Assembly (NCBI GenBank): GCA_965237415.1
Contig: CBDEFM010000002.1
Coordinates: 704,001 to 768,000, forward strand
Direction of reading: 5' to 3'
From: Alphaproteobacteria bacterium
GTDB lineage: Bacteria; Pseudomonadota; Alphaproteobacteria; UBA828
Length of the DNA stretch: 64,000 nucleotides
The position numbers and the translations under genes are program-made. The notes beneath the pieces were generated by a model that saw only the letters and a list, made by a program, of their open reading frames with translations, did not search any database and was not told the origin of the DNA. Shown here piece by piece: positions 20,108 to 30,026 of this stretch. The first letter of the stretch is position 1. Each line of letters starts with the position of its first letter.

Positions 20108-21581
20108 GTGGGAAGCAAAGACGACGGCTACGACGTGATCGTGGTGGGCTGCGGCATCGCCGGCCTCTCGGCCGCCGTCAGCGCCCAGCAGGCCGGCGCC
20201 CGTGTGGCGCTGCTGGAGCGTGCACCCAAGGAGGAGCGCGGCGGCAACACCCGCTACACCGAGTCCTTCTGGCGAATGCAGAGCCACGATGCGGTCTCCG
20301 AGGATTTTTGGGACCGCTTCGCCGAGAACGCCGGCGGTCACCTCGACCCGGCGGTGATCGAGGAGAGCGTGAAACCCTACGACGAATGGCCGCGGCTGCT
20401 GCGCGGCCTTGGTTTCGTCGATCCTGAGCTGGTCACGACGCTCGCCGACAATGCCGGGCCGACGCTGCGCTGGCTCACCGGCTTCGGGATCTCATTCGAC
20501 TTTCTGCCCAACTACTTCATCACCGAGAGCACGACGCGCATGGCCCCGGCGGGAGGCGGCCTCGCCCTGGTGGAGGCGCTGGCGGCGCATGCCGAATCCG
20601 TCCCTGACCGGATCGCCATCCACTACGAGACGACGGCACGCCGGCTCATCCAGGACGACGAGGGCCGGACGAACGGCGTCGGGGCGACCGGCGCCAACAA
20701 TCGGACCACACGCCTCCACGCACGCGCGGTGGTGCTGGCCTCCGGCGGCTTCGAGGGCAACCCCGAGATGCTGAGCCGCTATCTCGGCCCGCAGAGCCAG
20801 TTCATCCGCCCGGTCGCGCGCGGCGGCTACTACAACCGGGGCGAAGGCATCCGCATGGCGCTGGAGATCGGCGCCGCCCCCTGCGGCGACTACGGCAGCT
20901 TCCACGCTCAACCCGTCGATCCACGCTCCGGCCAGCACGAGCCGGTGGTGCTCAACTATCCTTACGGCATCCTGGTGAACCGCGAGGGCCGCCGCTTTGT
21001 CGACGAGGCGCCGGCGACGGTGGACGCGAGCTACGAGGCAGCCTCACGGTGGATGATGGCGCAGACCGAGGGCATCGCCTTCGCCATCACCGACGCAAGG
21101 CTCGACGACGTGCCCAACTGGCAGAAGTCGGTGCGCACCGACCAGCCGCCGGTGGAGGCGAAAACTCCGGCCGCTCTGGCTCAAGCGCTCGGCGTCGACG
21201 GCGACGGGCTCGCGCGCACGCTGGACGCCTACAACGCCGCTTGCCGGGCTGAGGACGGGTTCAAGCCTCTGGCCACTGGACAGGCTCGCGACGGAGGGCC
21301 TCACGCCCAGAAAATCCAACTGGGCGCGTCCCGTGGACCGGCCGCCCTTCCGCGCCTGGCCGATCATCGCCGCCAACTGCTTCACCGTCGGCGGCCTCAA
21401 GATCAACCCGCAGGCTCAGGTGCTCAACACAGACGGCGAGACGATCCCCGGCCTCTACGCGGCGGGCGAGACCGCCGGCCTCTATTACCGCACCTATACG
21501 GGCTCCACCTCGGTGATGCGGGGCGCGGTCTTCGGCCGGATCGCCGGCCTCGACGCGGCGGCGCGCAAGAACCGCCCGTAG
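20108..21581 (+). pseudogene. FAD-dependent dehydrogenase (TcuA/flavocytochrome c-like), frameshifted near 21275
   Basis: GCGIAG, RGGNTRY, LASGGFEGN; C-terminus (KSNWARP, FTVGGLKIN, GLYAAGE) is in the next frame ending 21581. Confidence 0.8.
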
Positions 21582-21595
21582 TTGGCGGGGTCGCG

Positions 21596-21775
21596 GTGAG
21601 CCAAATCGCACTCCCCACCGTCTTCATGCGGGGCGGCACCAGCAAGGGCCTCTTCTTCCACCGCCGCGACCTGCCGGCGGAGCGGGCGCGTTGGGACGCG
21701 CTCTTCCTCGCCGCCCTCGGCAGCCCCGACCCGCACGGCCGCCAGCTCGATGGCATGGGCGGCGGCATCTCCTCG
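21596..21775 (+). pseudogene. PrpF/AcnD-accessory protein N-terminal fragment
   Basis: FMRGGTSKG, GSPDPHGRQLDGMGGGISS then abrupt loss. Confidence 0.85.
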
Positions 21776-22230
21776 GCAAGCACGGTAACGCCTATGTTGC
21801 CAAGCTCGTCAACAACATGCTCTGGAAGGTCCATGCTGCAGCCATCGGCGAGGCCATGGTCGCGGCCAAGGTCGCAGGCCTGGAGCCCCAGGTGTGGTGG
21901 GAGACGATGAAAGGCGGGGCGGCGGACAGTTACGTCATGCACCACGACGTGCCCGCTGTCTTCGCCGGCCATTACGACCCCTCCTTCCCGATCGCGCTCT
22001 GCCTCAAAGACCTCGACCTCATCGACGAGCTGATGCGGGAGACCGGCGTCCGCAACGACCTCATCGACGCCACGCACGCCCGCTTCCGCGAGGTCGGCGA
22101 GCGCTATGGCCTGGACGCCGGCGACATGACTGTGTGCAAGCTCCTGGAAGACGACGCGGGAGTCGAGCTCCGCGTCGCAGGCGATTGGGTGGCCTCCTGG
22201 GAAGTCCCCCACCCCGATGACGAGAGTTGA
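21772..22230 (+). pseudogene. 3-hydroxyisobutyrate dehydrogenase family C-terminal fragment
   Basis: GNAYVAKLVNN, AIGEAM, FPIALCLKDL; no NAD-binding N-terminus or start. Confidence 0.8.
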
Positions 22231-22364
22231 ACCCGGGTGCATACCGCCCATCGCCTCATGGAGGGCGGGTGTTGGTGCTCTCAGGAAGCCTCGCAAGAGA
22301 GGGCGCACCCGCCAGAGAGCCCCTTAAAGGGAGACTCGCTCCGCTCACGCGGCAATACACCCAA

Positions 22365-23415
22365 ACCGCTTATGCACATGGCTCCGGTTCGATCAACATG
22401 CTGTAGGTAAGGCGTTCTGCATTGGTGGCGAGGCGGAAGAGCGAGCGGAAAGCAGCGTGGCGGGTTTTGCGGCGGTTGAAGCGAAAGACGAACTCATCGA
22501 GATAGGCCTGCAGATGCTTGCGACGCAGCCCGTGGTAGACGCCTCGCGCCCATCCTTTGAGGTTGGAGAAGACTTGGTGGATCCACGGCAGGACGAGGTG
22601 AGCGGCGGTCTTCCCGACGACATGGACATTGTGGCGATCGGCGGGGACCGCAGCGTAGCCGGACCAGCCGTCGGTTTTCGCGATGGCGTCGGGATCGGCG
22701 GCGGTTTCGACGAAGTGTCCGAGGTCGGCGGCGCCGTAGGAGGAGATTTCGGCCAGCCGCAGGCGGCCTGGGATGTTTCCGTCCCCGAGTTCGATGGCGC
22801 CGACGATGAGCATCTTGCCGTCGTGGCTGCGTCCTTGCCCTCCGGTGGGAGGATCGTCTTTGGTCCGGAATGGAAGGCTGGCCTCGTCGATTTCCACCAG
22901 GCCCGACAACGGGTTGCGCTCGGGGTCGACCATGCTGGCGCGCAGCTTGTGGGCGAGCAGCCAAGCGCTGCGGTAAGAGCCGATACCGAGCTGTTTCTGG
23001 AGCTGCAGGGCAGAGATGCCGTTGGAGTGGGTCGCCATCAGGTAGGCGGCCCAGAACCAGACGGTGAGCGGCAGCTTGCTGGCGTGCAGGATCGTCCCGG
23101 CCGTCACCGAGGTCTGCCGGCGGCAGCCGGCGCACTCGAAGGTGTGTGCTTTTCTGCGCAGCGCCCATCCCTTTTCATGGCCGCACGCGGGACAGACGAA
23201 GCCGTCCGGCCAGCGCATTTCGATCAGCCAGGCGGCGCAGGCGTCATCGTCCGGGAACATGTGCTGGAAGGCGAGGAGGCTGTCGGGGACCTGTTTCATG
23301 TGGTGGCTCCGTCGGCAGGAACGTATAAGGAACATTCTACCCGTTCCCCCGCCCTAACCTCAACCTCAACATCTGGTGGCAAACTCTCGCGACCGGAGCC
23401 ATGTGCATAAGCGGT
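22365..23415 (-). mobile_element. IS1595-family insertion sequence (1051 bp)
   Basis: Perfect 24-bp TIR accgcttatgcacatggctccggt (22365-22388 / 23392-23415); 8-bp TSD acacccaa (22357-22364, 23416-23423). Confidence 0.95.
22370..23299 (-). CDS. IS1595-family transposase
   Basis: RWPDGFVCPAC zinc ribbon, VEIDE, TDGW, YLDEFVFRFNRR; stop lies inside TIR. Confidence 0.95.
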   Translation of the reverse strand: MKQVPDSLLAFQHMFPDDDACAAWLIEMRWPDGFVCPACGHEKGWALRRKAHTFECAGCRRQTSVTAGTILHASKLPLTVWFWAAYLMATHSNGISALQLQKQLGIGSYRSAWLLAHKLRASMVDPERNPLSGLVEIDEASLPFRTKDDPPTGGQGRSHDGKMLIVGAIELGDGNIPGRLRLAEISSYGAADLGHFVETAADPDAIAKTDGWSGYAAVPADRHNVHVVGKTAAHLVLPWIHQVFSNLKGWARGVYHGLRRKHLQAYLDEFVFRFNRRKTRHAAFRSLFRLATNAERLTYSMLIEPEPCA

Positions 23416-23590
23416 ACACCCAAAACTAATTTGTTTCTGAACTGGAGAGAATACGAACAAAAGTGATGGTGCTGACAGGGCGATCTCTTGCGACAACAAA
23501 ATGCGCAAATTTGTTGACGCAATTTCGACGACTCGATGCTATAGTAGCCTGAACAAATGTGGCACGCTTCGGTCTGATTGAGCTCGATGG

Positions 23591-25003
23591 TTGGAAAGAG
23601 TACCGATAGCGTCAACAACGAACGGCTTGCCAATGTCTAAGTTGAAGAAGTCTACATCCGAATTTTGTGTTACTGGCCTTCTCGAGTCCTTCAAGCCCGC
23701 GTCTGCGCTGTCCGAGATCGGGGACACCATGGAGTCCTTCGAGCCATGGCCTGAGCTGTCCGCGGTCGGGGAGATCATGGAGTCCTTCAAGCCACCGCCT
23801 GGGCTGTCCGCGGTCGGGGAGATCATGGAGTCCTTCAAGCCATCGCCTGGGCTGTCCGCGGTCGGGGAGATCATGGAGTCCTTCAAGCCACCGCCTGGGC
23901 TGTCCGCGGTCGGGGAGATCATGGAGTCCCTCAAGCCACCGCCTGGGCTGTCCGCGGTCGGGGAGATCATGGAGTCCTTCAAGCCACCGCCTGGGCTGTC
24001 CGCGGTCGGAGACATCGTGGAGTCCCTCAAGCCACCGCCTGGGCTGTCCGCGGTCGGGGAGATCATGGAGTCCTTCAAGCCACCGCCTGGGCTGTCCGCG
24101 GTCGGAGACATCGTGGAGTCCCTCAAGCCACCGCCTGGGCTGTCCGCGGTCGGGGAGATCATGGAGTCCTTCAAGCCATCGCCTGGGCTGTCCGCGGTCG
24201 GGGAGATCATGGAGTCCTTCAAGCCATCGCCTGGGCTGTCCGCGGTCGGAGACATCGTGGAGTCCCTCAAGCCACCGCCTGGGCTGTCCGCGGTCGGGGA
24301 GATCATGGAGTCCTTCAAGCCACCGCCTGGGCTGTCCGCGGTCGGAGACATCGTGGAGTCCTTCAGGCCCTCGATCGAGCTGAACGACACCGGCACCGTC
24401 CTCGACTCCCTCGAATCCCACTCCACATTGATCGATGTGCTTTCGGTTGATCCGAGCCCTTCACTAATCACTCGCCCGCGCGCTTCATGCGTCATTTTGC
24501 GACCCACCCTGGAGATTAGCCTTCCATTTGAATTAGTGCCTGCTCCGCAGGCGGTTGGAACGATTGAGCCTGATGCGACATTTGATCCGGTGCACGGGCA
24601 GTTGTTTAGCAAATTTGAACGATGGCTTCGAAGTGTAATTGAAGAGGCCCTATTTGAATTGATTGGCCCGAATTGGATAAGGCAGAGGGTTTCCCAAGGT
24701 ATACGCGAGAAATGGCAGGAGCGACAAACCGAAGATTGTGCGAACGGTCAGCCGGTATTTGACGCGATTCAGTACGCAGACTTTATGGACTTGTGTGCAA
24801 TTATCACTAGAGGTGACAACTGGCGGGATGCGTTCCAAGCGATCTTTCTGAATCGAGACGATATCAGCGTTTCGTTCTGTCGCCTTAATCCAGTACGAAG
24901 AGCGCTTGCGCATAGCCGCCCCCTCAGCCAAATGGATATTCTGACGTTGATTGTAGAAGTCTCTCGGATTCTAAGCAGACTAGGGATTGGAGCGCTGCGC
25001 TAA
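23591..25003 (+). CDS. Tandem-repeat protein with C-terminal Swt1-like HEPN domain (start may be ATG 23633)
   Basis: FERWLR..I, YADFMDL..II, NW..F, RRALAH (R-x4-H); AT-richer than flanks outside the repeat. Confidence 0.75.
   Translation: MERVPIASTTNGLPMSKLKKSTSEFCVTGLLESFKPASALSEIGDTMESFEPWPELSAVGEIMESFKPPPGLSAVGEIMESFKPSPGLSAVGEIMESFKPPPGLSAVGEIMESLKPPPGLSAVGEIMESFKPPPGLSAVGDIVESLKPPPGLSAVGEIMESFKPPPGLSAVGDIVESLKPPPGLSAVGEIMESFKPSPGLSAVGEIMESFKPSPGLSAVGDIVESLKPPPGLSAVGEIMESFKPPPGLSAVGDIVESFRPSIELNDTGTVLDSLESHSTLIDVLSVDPSPSLITRPRASCVILRPTLEISLPFELVPAPQAVGTIEPDATFDPVHGQLFSKFERWLRSVIEEALFELIGPNWIRQRVSQGIREKWQERQTEDCANGQPVFDAIQYADFMDLCAIITRGDNWRDAFQAIFLNRDDISVSFCRLNPVRRALAHSRPLSQMDILTLIVEVSRILSRLGIGALR
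23759..24382 (+). repeat. 48-bp coding tandem repeat, 13 units (last one diverged) plus degenerate units from about 23680
   Basis: Unit tccgcggtcggggagatcatggagtccttcaagccaccgcctgggctg = SAVGEIMESFKPPPGL; no spacers. Confidence 0.97.
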
Positions 25004-25139
25004 CTTTGGTGTCTGTCGGCCCCCACCTCCCTTCCACCATTGATCGCAAGGCGTTCTGTCGCTATTGGATAGCCTCACTCGATGAGCAGACCCTGCGCGG
25101 CGTCCAGGCGTGGTTGCGCGGGGCAAGGGAGTGCGCGCG

Positions 25140-25859
25140 ATGCAGCAGCCGCCCGGAGGCGCGGCAACGGGCGAGAAGCCTGACCTCAACGAGATCGCAC
25201 GGATACGCGCGGACCACGCGCGCTGGCTCGAGAGCGACGGCGCGGAGGGCGTGCGCGCGGACCTCTCAGGCATGGAACTCGCGGACGTGCGGTTCCCCGG
25301 CGCGGACCTGCGCCGCGCGGTCTTCGTAGGCGCCAACCTCTTCCGCGCCGACTTCGCCGGCGCCGAGCTCTCGGAAGCCGACTTTACGGGCGCCAACTTG
25401 AACCGTGCCGATCTCGCCGGTGCGACGCTGCAGCGCGCGGTGCTGGACAAGGCCGATCTCTCCGATGCAGCGCTCGGCGATGCGCGCATGGAGCACGCTT
25501 CGCTGGTCGAGACCCGTCTGCAGCGCGCCTGGCTCGGGCGCGCGCACCTGGAGCACGCCACGCTTATCCGCGCGGACCTGCACGGCGCCTGGGTCGGCCG
25601 TGCCAGCCTGGAGCAGGCGAACCTGGAAGGCGCAATGCTGGTGGGTGCCGAATTCCCCGGCACGAGCTTTCGCAACGCGACGCTGAGGAGCGCCTATTTC
25701 GGCGGCGTGGCTTTGGTAGACGCCGATCTCTCCGGCGCCGACCTGGGCGAGGTGCGGAACCTGACGCATACACAGCTCGAGTCGGCGACAGTCGATGAGC
25801 GGACGATCTTGCCGCCGGAGCTTGAGCCCGGCAGCGGCGAGGCGCGGGCTGCGGGGTGA
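25140..25859 (+). CDS. Pentapeptide repeat protein
   Basis: HARWLES..GVRADLS followed by A(D/N)Lxx repeats. Confidence 0.9.
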   Translation: MQQPPGGAATGEKPDLNEIARIRADHARWLESDGAEGVRADLSGMELADVRFPGADLRRAVFVGANLFRADFAGAELSEADFTGANLNRADLAGATLQRAVLDKADLSDAALGDARMEHASLVETRLQRAWLGRAHLEHATLIRADLHGAWVGRASLEQANLEGAMLVGAEFPGTSFRNATLRSAYFGGVALVDADLSGADLGEVRNLTHTQLESATVDERTILPPELEPGSGEARAAG

Positions 25860-25935
25860 GGCCGGGGTTCAGGAAAACGACAGGGACGCGCCGCCGGTCC
25901 AGCGGCGGTAACCGATAGAGCGGCGGGAGGGATTC

Positions 25936-27972
25936 GTGACGAAGCTGAGGGTAGCGGTCGATATCGGGGGCACGTTCACCGATATCTGCATTCTCGACGA
26001 GGACACCGGCGCGCTCAGGGTCGCGAAGACGGCATCGACGCCCGAGGACCCCCTGATCGGCGCGATGCGGGGGCTTGAAGAGGCGAAGATCGACCTCAAG
26101 GACGTGACGCTTTTCTCCCACGGCACGACCGTCGCTACCAACGCGCTCATCACCCGTCGGCTGCCGCCCGCTGCGATGATCTGCACCGAGGGCTACCGCG
26201 ACGTCATCGAGATCAGGCGCTCCAACAAGGAGGACCTCTGGGATACCTACAAGGATGTCGCCCAGCCCTATATCAGGCGCCGCGACCGGCTGACCGTGCG
26301 GGAGCGCATCGACCACGGCGGCAAGGTGACAACCCCGCTCGACGAGGCCGACGCGCGCGAGAAGGCCCGGATCCTGCGCAAGCGCGGCGTCGACGCGGTC
26401 GCCGTCTGCTTTATGAACTCCTTCATCAATCCGGCGCACGAGACCCGGGTGAAGGAGATTCTGGAGGAGGAGCTGCCGGGTGTGGAGATCACCACGTCAT
26501 CCGAGACCCTGCCCGAGATCTTCGAGCACGAGCGCTTCTCCACTACGGTGGTCAACGCAATCCTGAGCCCCGTGGTCAGCGGCTACGTGTCGCGCATGAA
26601 CGACGCGCTGCAAGAGGGCGGCTACGCGAGCGATCTGTTGATGCTGCACTCCGGCGGTGGCGTCATGACGCCGGCGACCGCCGGGCAGTTCGCGGGCCGC
26701 CTTGCCGGCTCCGGCATCGCCGCCGGCGCCATCGCGAGCCGCCACATCGCGATGCTCTGCGGCTACGAGAACTCCATCGGCCTCGACATGGGCGGCACGA
26801 GCTGCGACGTCTCGCTGGTCTTCGGCGGTGCATCGCGCGTCACCAAGGATTGGCACATCGAGTTCGGCTATCCGATCCGCTTCCCCAGCATCGAGGTGCT
26901 GACCATCGGCGCGGGCGGCGGCTCGCTCGCCTGGATCGACGACGCCGGCTCCTTGCACAACGGGCCGCAGTCGGCGGGTGCCGATCCGGGGCCGGCCTGC
27001 TACGGGCGGGGCAACACGACGCCCACCAACACCGATGCGAACCTGGCGCTGGGCCGGCTCGGCACGCAGCTTGCCGGCGGGCAGATCGTGCTCGACAAGG
27101 CGGCGTCCGAGACCGCGGTGCGCACCGGCGTCGCCGAGCCGCTGGGCATGGACTCTGTCACGGCGGCCAAGGCCATCGTGAGCGTCGCCAACGCCAACAT
27201 GGCGGATGCGGTGCGTCTCATTTCCATCAGCCGGGGCTATGACCCGCGCGACTTCGCGCTCGTCGCCTTCGGCGGCGCCGGCGCTCTGCACGGTGTGGCG
27301 CTGGCAAAAGAGCTTTCCATCCCGACCGTGATCGTGCCGCCCAATCCGGGGGTGACCTCGGCGCTGGGCTGCCTGCTGGTGGACGTGCGCCACGATCTCT
27401 CGCAGACCTATCTCGCGCTCGCGGCAGAGGCCGACCCAGCCGACATCGAGGCCCGCTTCGGCGAGATGGAGGCGGAAGCGCACAGCCGGCTGGTGAAGGA
27501 GGGCGTGGCGGAGGCCGACATGGTGCTGCAACGCACGATCGACATGATGTATCTGGGCCAGTGGCGCTCGCTGCAGGTGCCGGTGGCTACGCCCTTCACC
27601 TCGGTGCCTGAGGCCGTGAACGCCTTCCACGCCGACCATGACCGGGAATACGCCTTCCGCCGGGACGACACGCCGGTCGAGCTTTTCCGCCTCAATCTCG
27701 CGGCTATTGGCACGGTGTCCAAGGCCGAGCTGATGCGTCATGCGGCGAACGGCGCCAAGGCGGTGGCGGAGGCTAAGCGCATGGTCGATTTCGACGAGGT
27801 TGAGGGAGCGGTCGAGACCCCGATATACTCACACGATGGGCTTCCGGCGGGCGCGGTGATCGAGGGGCCGGCAATTATCGAGCAGCTCGATTCGACAACG
27901 GTCATCCCGCCCGGCGTACGCGCAGAAGTGGACGAGTGGCTCAACGTCCGGATCCACGTAGCGGAGGCATAG
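25936..27972 (+). CDS. Hydantoinase A/oxoprolinase ATP-binding subunit
   Basis: DIGGTFTD, HGTTVATN, DMGGTS, GPQSAGADPGP. Confidence 0.93.
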   Translation: MTKLRVAVDIGGTFTDICILDEDTGALRVAKTASTPEDPLIGAMRGLEEAKIDLKDVTLFSHGTTVATNALITRRLPPAAMICTEGYRDVIEIRRSNKEDLWDTYKDVAQPYIRRRDRLTVRERIDHGGKVTTPLDEADAREKARILRKRGVDAVAVCFMNSFINPAHETRVKEILEEELPGVEITTSSETLPEIFEHERFSTTVVNAILSPVVSGYVSRMNDALQEGGYASDLLMLHSGGGVMTPATAGQFAGRLAGSGIAAGAIASRHIAMLCGYENSIGLDMGGTSCDVSLVFGGASRVTKDWHIEFGYPIRFPSIEVLTIGAGGGSLAWIDDAGSLHNGPQSAGADPGPACYGRGNTTPTNTDANLALGRLGTQLAGGQIVLDKAASETAVRTGVAEPLGMDSVTAAKAIVSVANANMADAVRLISISRGYDPRDFALVAFGGAGALHGVALAKELSIPTVIVPPNPGVTSALGCLLVDVRHDLSQTYLALAAEADPADIEARFGEMEAEAHSRLVKEGVAEADMVLQRTIDMMYLGQWRSLQVPVATPFTSVPEAVNAFHADHDREYAFRRDDTPVELFRLNLAAIGTVSKAELMRHAANGAKAVAEAKRMVDFDEVEGAVETPIYSHDGLPAGAVIEGPAIIEQLDSTTVIPPGVRAEVDEWLNVRIHVAEA

Positions 27973-27974
27973 AG

Positions 27975-29972
27975 ATGAGCAAGCAAGGCACTGGCATAAC
28001 GCTCGATCCGGTCACCTTCGAGGTCCTGAAGAACTCGTTCATCACGACCGTCGACCAGATGGCGGAGCAGATCCTGAGGACCTGCTATTCGTTCGTCATC
28101 TACAACCGCGACTTTTCGTCTGCCCTGAATGACGCCAACGGCGATTCTATCGCCCAGGGCAACATGGACATCGCCGTCCATGTCGGCACGCTCCACTACA
28201 CCTGCAAGGCGGTCATCGACACGTTCAAGGACGACATGCGGCCGGGCGACGTGTTCATGATCAACGACCCCTACGCCGGCGGCACCCACTTCAACGACGT
28301 GCGGATCATCCGCCCGGTGTTCGTGGGCGACGAGATCATCGCCTTCGCCCAGTCCAACGGCCACTGGTCGGATGTCGGCGGCAGCACGCCCGGCTCCTTC
28401 GACGTGCTCGCCAAGGAGATGTTCCGCGAGGGCATCCGCATCACGCCGACGCGGCTAATCGACGAGGGCAAGTGGCGCCACGACTTCGCCAACATGATCG
28501 CCGCCAACACGCGCGACCCGGAATCGATCATCGGCGACATGAACGCGCAGGCCGAGGCCACCCGCGTCGCCGAGCGCGAGATGCTGCGGCTGGTGGAGAA
28601 GTACGGCAAGGACACCGTCGTCACCGGCTGCAAGGAGGTGCAGGACTATGTCGAGCTGGCGACGCGCCAGCGCATCGCCGCGCTCCCCGACGGCACCTGG
28701 GAGAACGTGGACTATATCGACCGGGATCCGGCGAGCGGCGAGGGGATGATCCCCATCAAGGTGAAGCTCACCATCAAGGGCGACGAGGTCACCTACGACT
28801 TCACCGGCAGCCACGGGACCATCAGCTCGCTCTACAACTCTGCCTTCGGCGGCACCTTCTCGGCCGTCGTCGCGGGCATGAAGACCTACTTCCCCGACCT
28901 GCCGCTCAACTCGGGCTTCTACCGGCCGATCAACGTGATCGCGCCCGAGAACTCCATCGTCGACGCCCGCTGGCCGGTCGCGGTGACGGGCTTCCTGATG
29001 CCGTTCGAAAAGATCATGAACTCGATCTACGAGATCTGGTCCGACATCATGCCCGAGCGTGCGATCGCGTGCGCCTTCAACCTGGAATACCTGCTCACCG
29101 GGGGCCGGGACCTGCGCACCGAAGACCGCAAAATCTTCATGTTCTACGACTGGCTGCCCGGCGGCTGGGGCGGGCGCAACGGCAAGGACGGCTGCAACGT
29201 CACCACCGCCTGCTTCGGCACGGGCCTCATGACCCAGCCGGTGGAGGGGCAGGAACGGCTCTGCCCGATCATCGCCAACGAGTACCAGATTCAGACCGAT
29301 TCGCCCGGCCCCGGCAAGTGGCGGGGCGGCGCCGGCGTGGTCAAGACCAGCACCCTGCAGGATGCGGAGAGCACCGTCATCTCCTACATCTGCGACCGCG
29401 AGCGGGCGATCGTCTGGGGCATCAAGGGCGGGCTGCCGTCGATGCCGCACGGGCTCTACATTCAGCGCAAGGGCAAAAACGAGCGCGAATGGCTGGGGTC
29501 GGTCTTCTCCGACGTGCCGATCGAGTCCGGCGACGTGTTCTCGCGACCGACTGCCGGCGGCGGAGGCCTGGGCGATCCGCTCGAGCGCGACCCGGCGGCG
29601 GTGGTGCGCGATGTCGAGGACGATTACGTCTCGCTCGAGCGCGCGCGCATGGACTATGGCGTTGTGCTCACCGTGATCGACGCGGACCTCGCGAGCTATG
29701 AGGTGGACGTGGAGGCCACGCGCGCTGAGCGTGCCGCCATTGCCAAGGCGCGACGTGGCTGGCTGGAGGAGGACGGCGCCTCGGTGGCCGAGCGCTACCG
29801 CAAGGGCGAGCTCAACCAGTTCGACATGGTGCGACGCTACGGTGTCATCGTGGACTGGGGCACGGGCGAGTACTTCCCCAAGACCACAGCCGAGTTCCGC
29901 ACGATGGTGAAGAAGCGCTCGGCCGCCCACTGGAACGACGCCATCGCGGAGCTCGACCAAGCCGCCGAATAG
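27975..29972 (+). CDS. Hydantoinase B/oxoprolinase subunit
   Basis: NDPYAGGTHFND, HWSDVGG, GPGKWRGG, GGGGLGDPLER. Confidence 0.93.
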   Translation: MSKQGTGITLDPVTFEVLKNSFITTVDQMAEQILRTCYSFVIYNRDFSSALNDANGDSIAQGNMDIAVHVGTLHYTCKAVIDTFKDDMRPGDVFMINDPYAGGTHFNDVRIIRPVFVGDEIIAFAQSNGHWSDVGGSTPGSFDVLAKEMFREGIRITPTRLIDEGKWRHDFANMIAANTRDPESIIGDMNAQAEATRVAEREMLRLVEKYGKDTVVTGCKEVQDYVELATRQRIAALPDGTWENVDYIDRDPASGEGMIPIKVKLTIKGDEVTYDFTGSHGTISSLYNSAFGGTFSAVVAGMKTYFPDLPLNSGFYRPINVIAPENSIVDARWPVAVTGFLMPFEKIMNSIYEIWSDIMPERAIACAFNLEYLLTGGRDLRTEDRKIFMFYDWLPGGWGGRNGKDGCNVTTACFGTGLMTQPVEGQERLCPIIANEYQIQTDSPGPGKWRGGAGVVKTSTLQDAESTVISYICDRERAIVWGIKGGLPSMPHGLYIQRKGKNEREWLGSVFSDVPIESGDVFSRPTAGGGGLGDPLERDPAAVVRDVEDDYVSLERARMDYGVVLTVIDADLASYEVDVEATRAERAAIAKARRGWLEEDGASVAERYRKGELNQFDMVRRYGVIVDWGTGEYFPKTTAEFRTMVKKRSAAHWNDAIAELDQAAE

Positions 29973-30026
29973 GGCGTGACCCCGGTGAGAATCCTGGCTA
30001 AGCCCTTGATGTAGAAATCCCCGCCA

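Noticed and set aside
20108-21910. 600-aa flavoprotein-PrpF fusion
   Set aside because: Product of a frameshift plus deletion, not a coherent protein
23759-24382. CRISPR array
   Set aside because: Units are contiguous with no unique spacers, length is a multiple of 3 inside an ORF, and no cas genes are present
23539-24612. Alternative-frame and antisense repeat ORFs (357, 269, 238 aa)
   Set aside because: Open only because the repeat unit lacks stops; only the 23591 frame continues into a recognisable domain
25140-25859. Pentapeptide protein as partner of the HEPN gene or Qnr-type resistance
   Set aside because: Host-like GC, 136-bp gap and no specific evidence for either role
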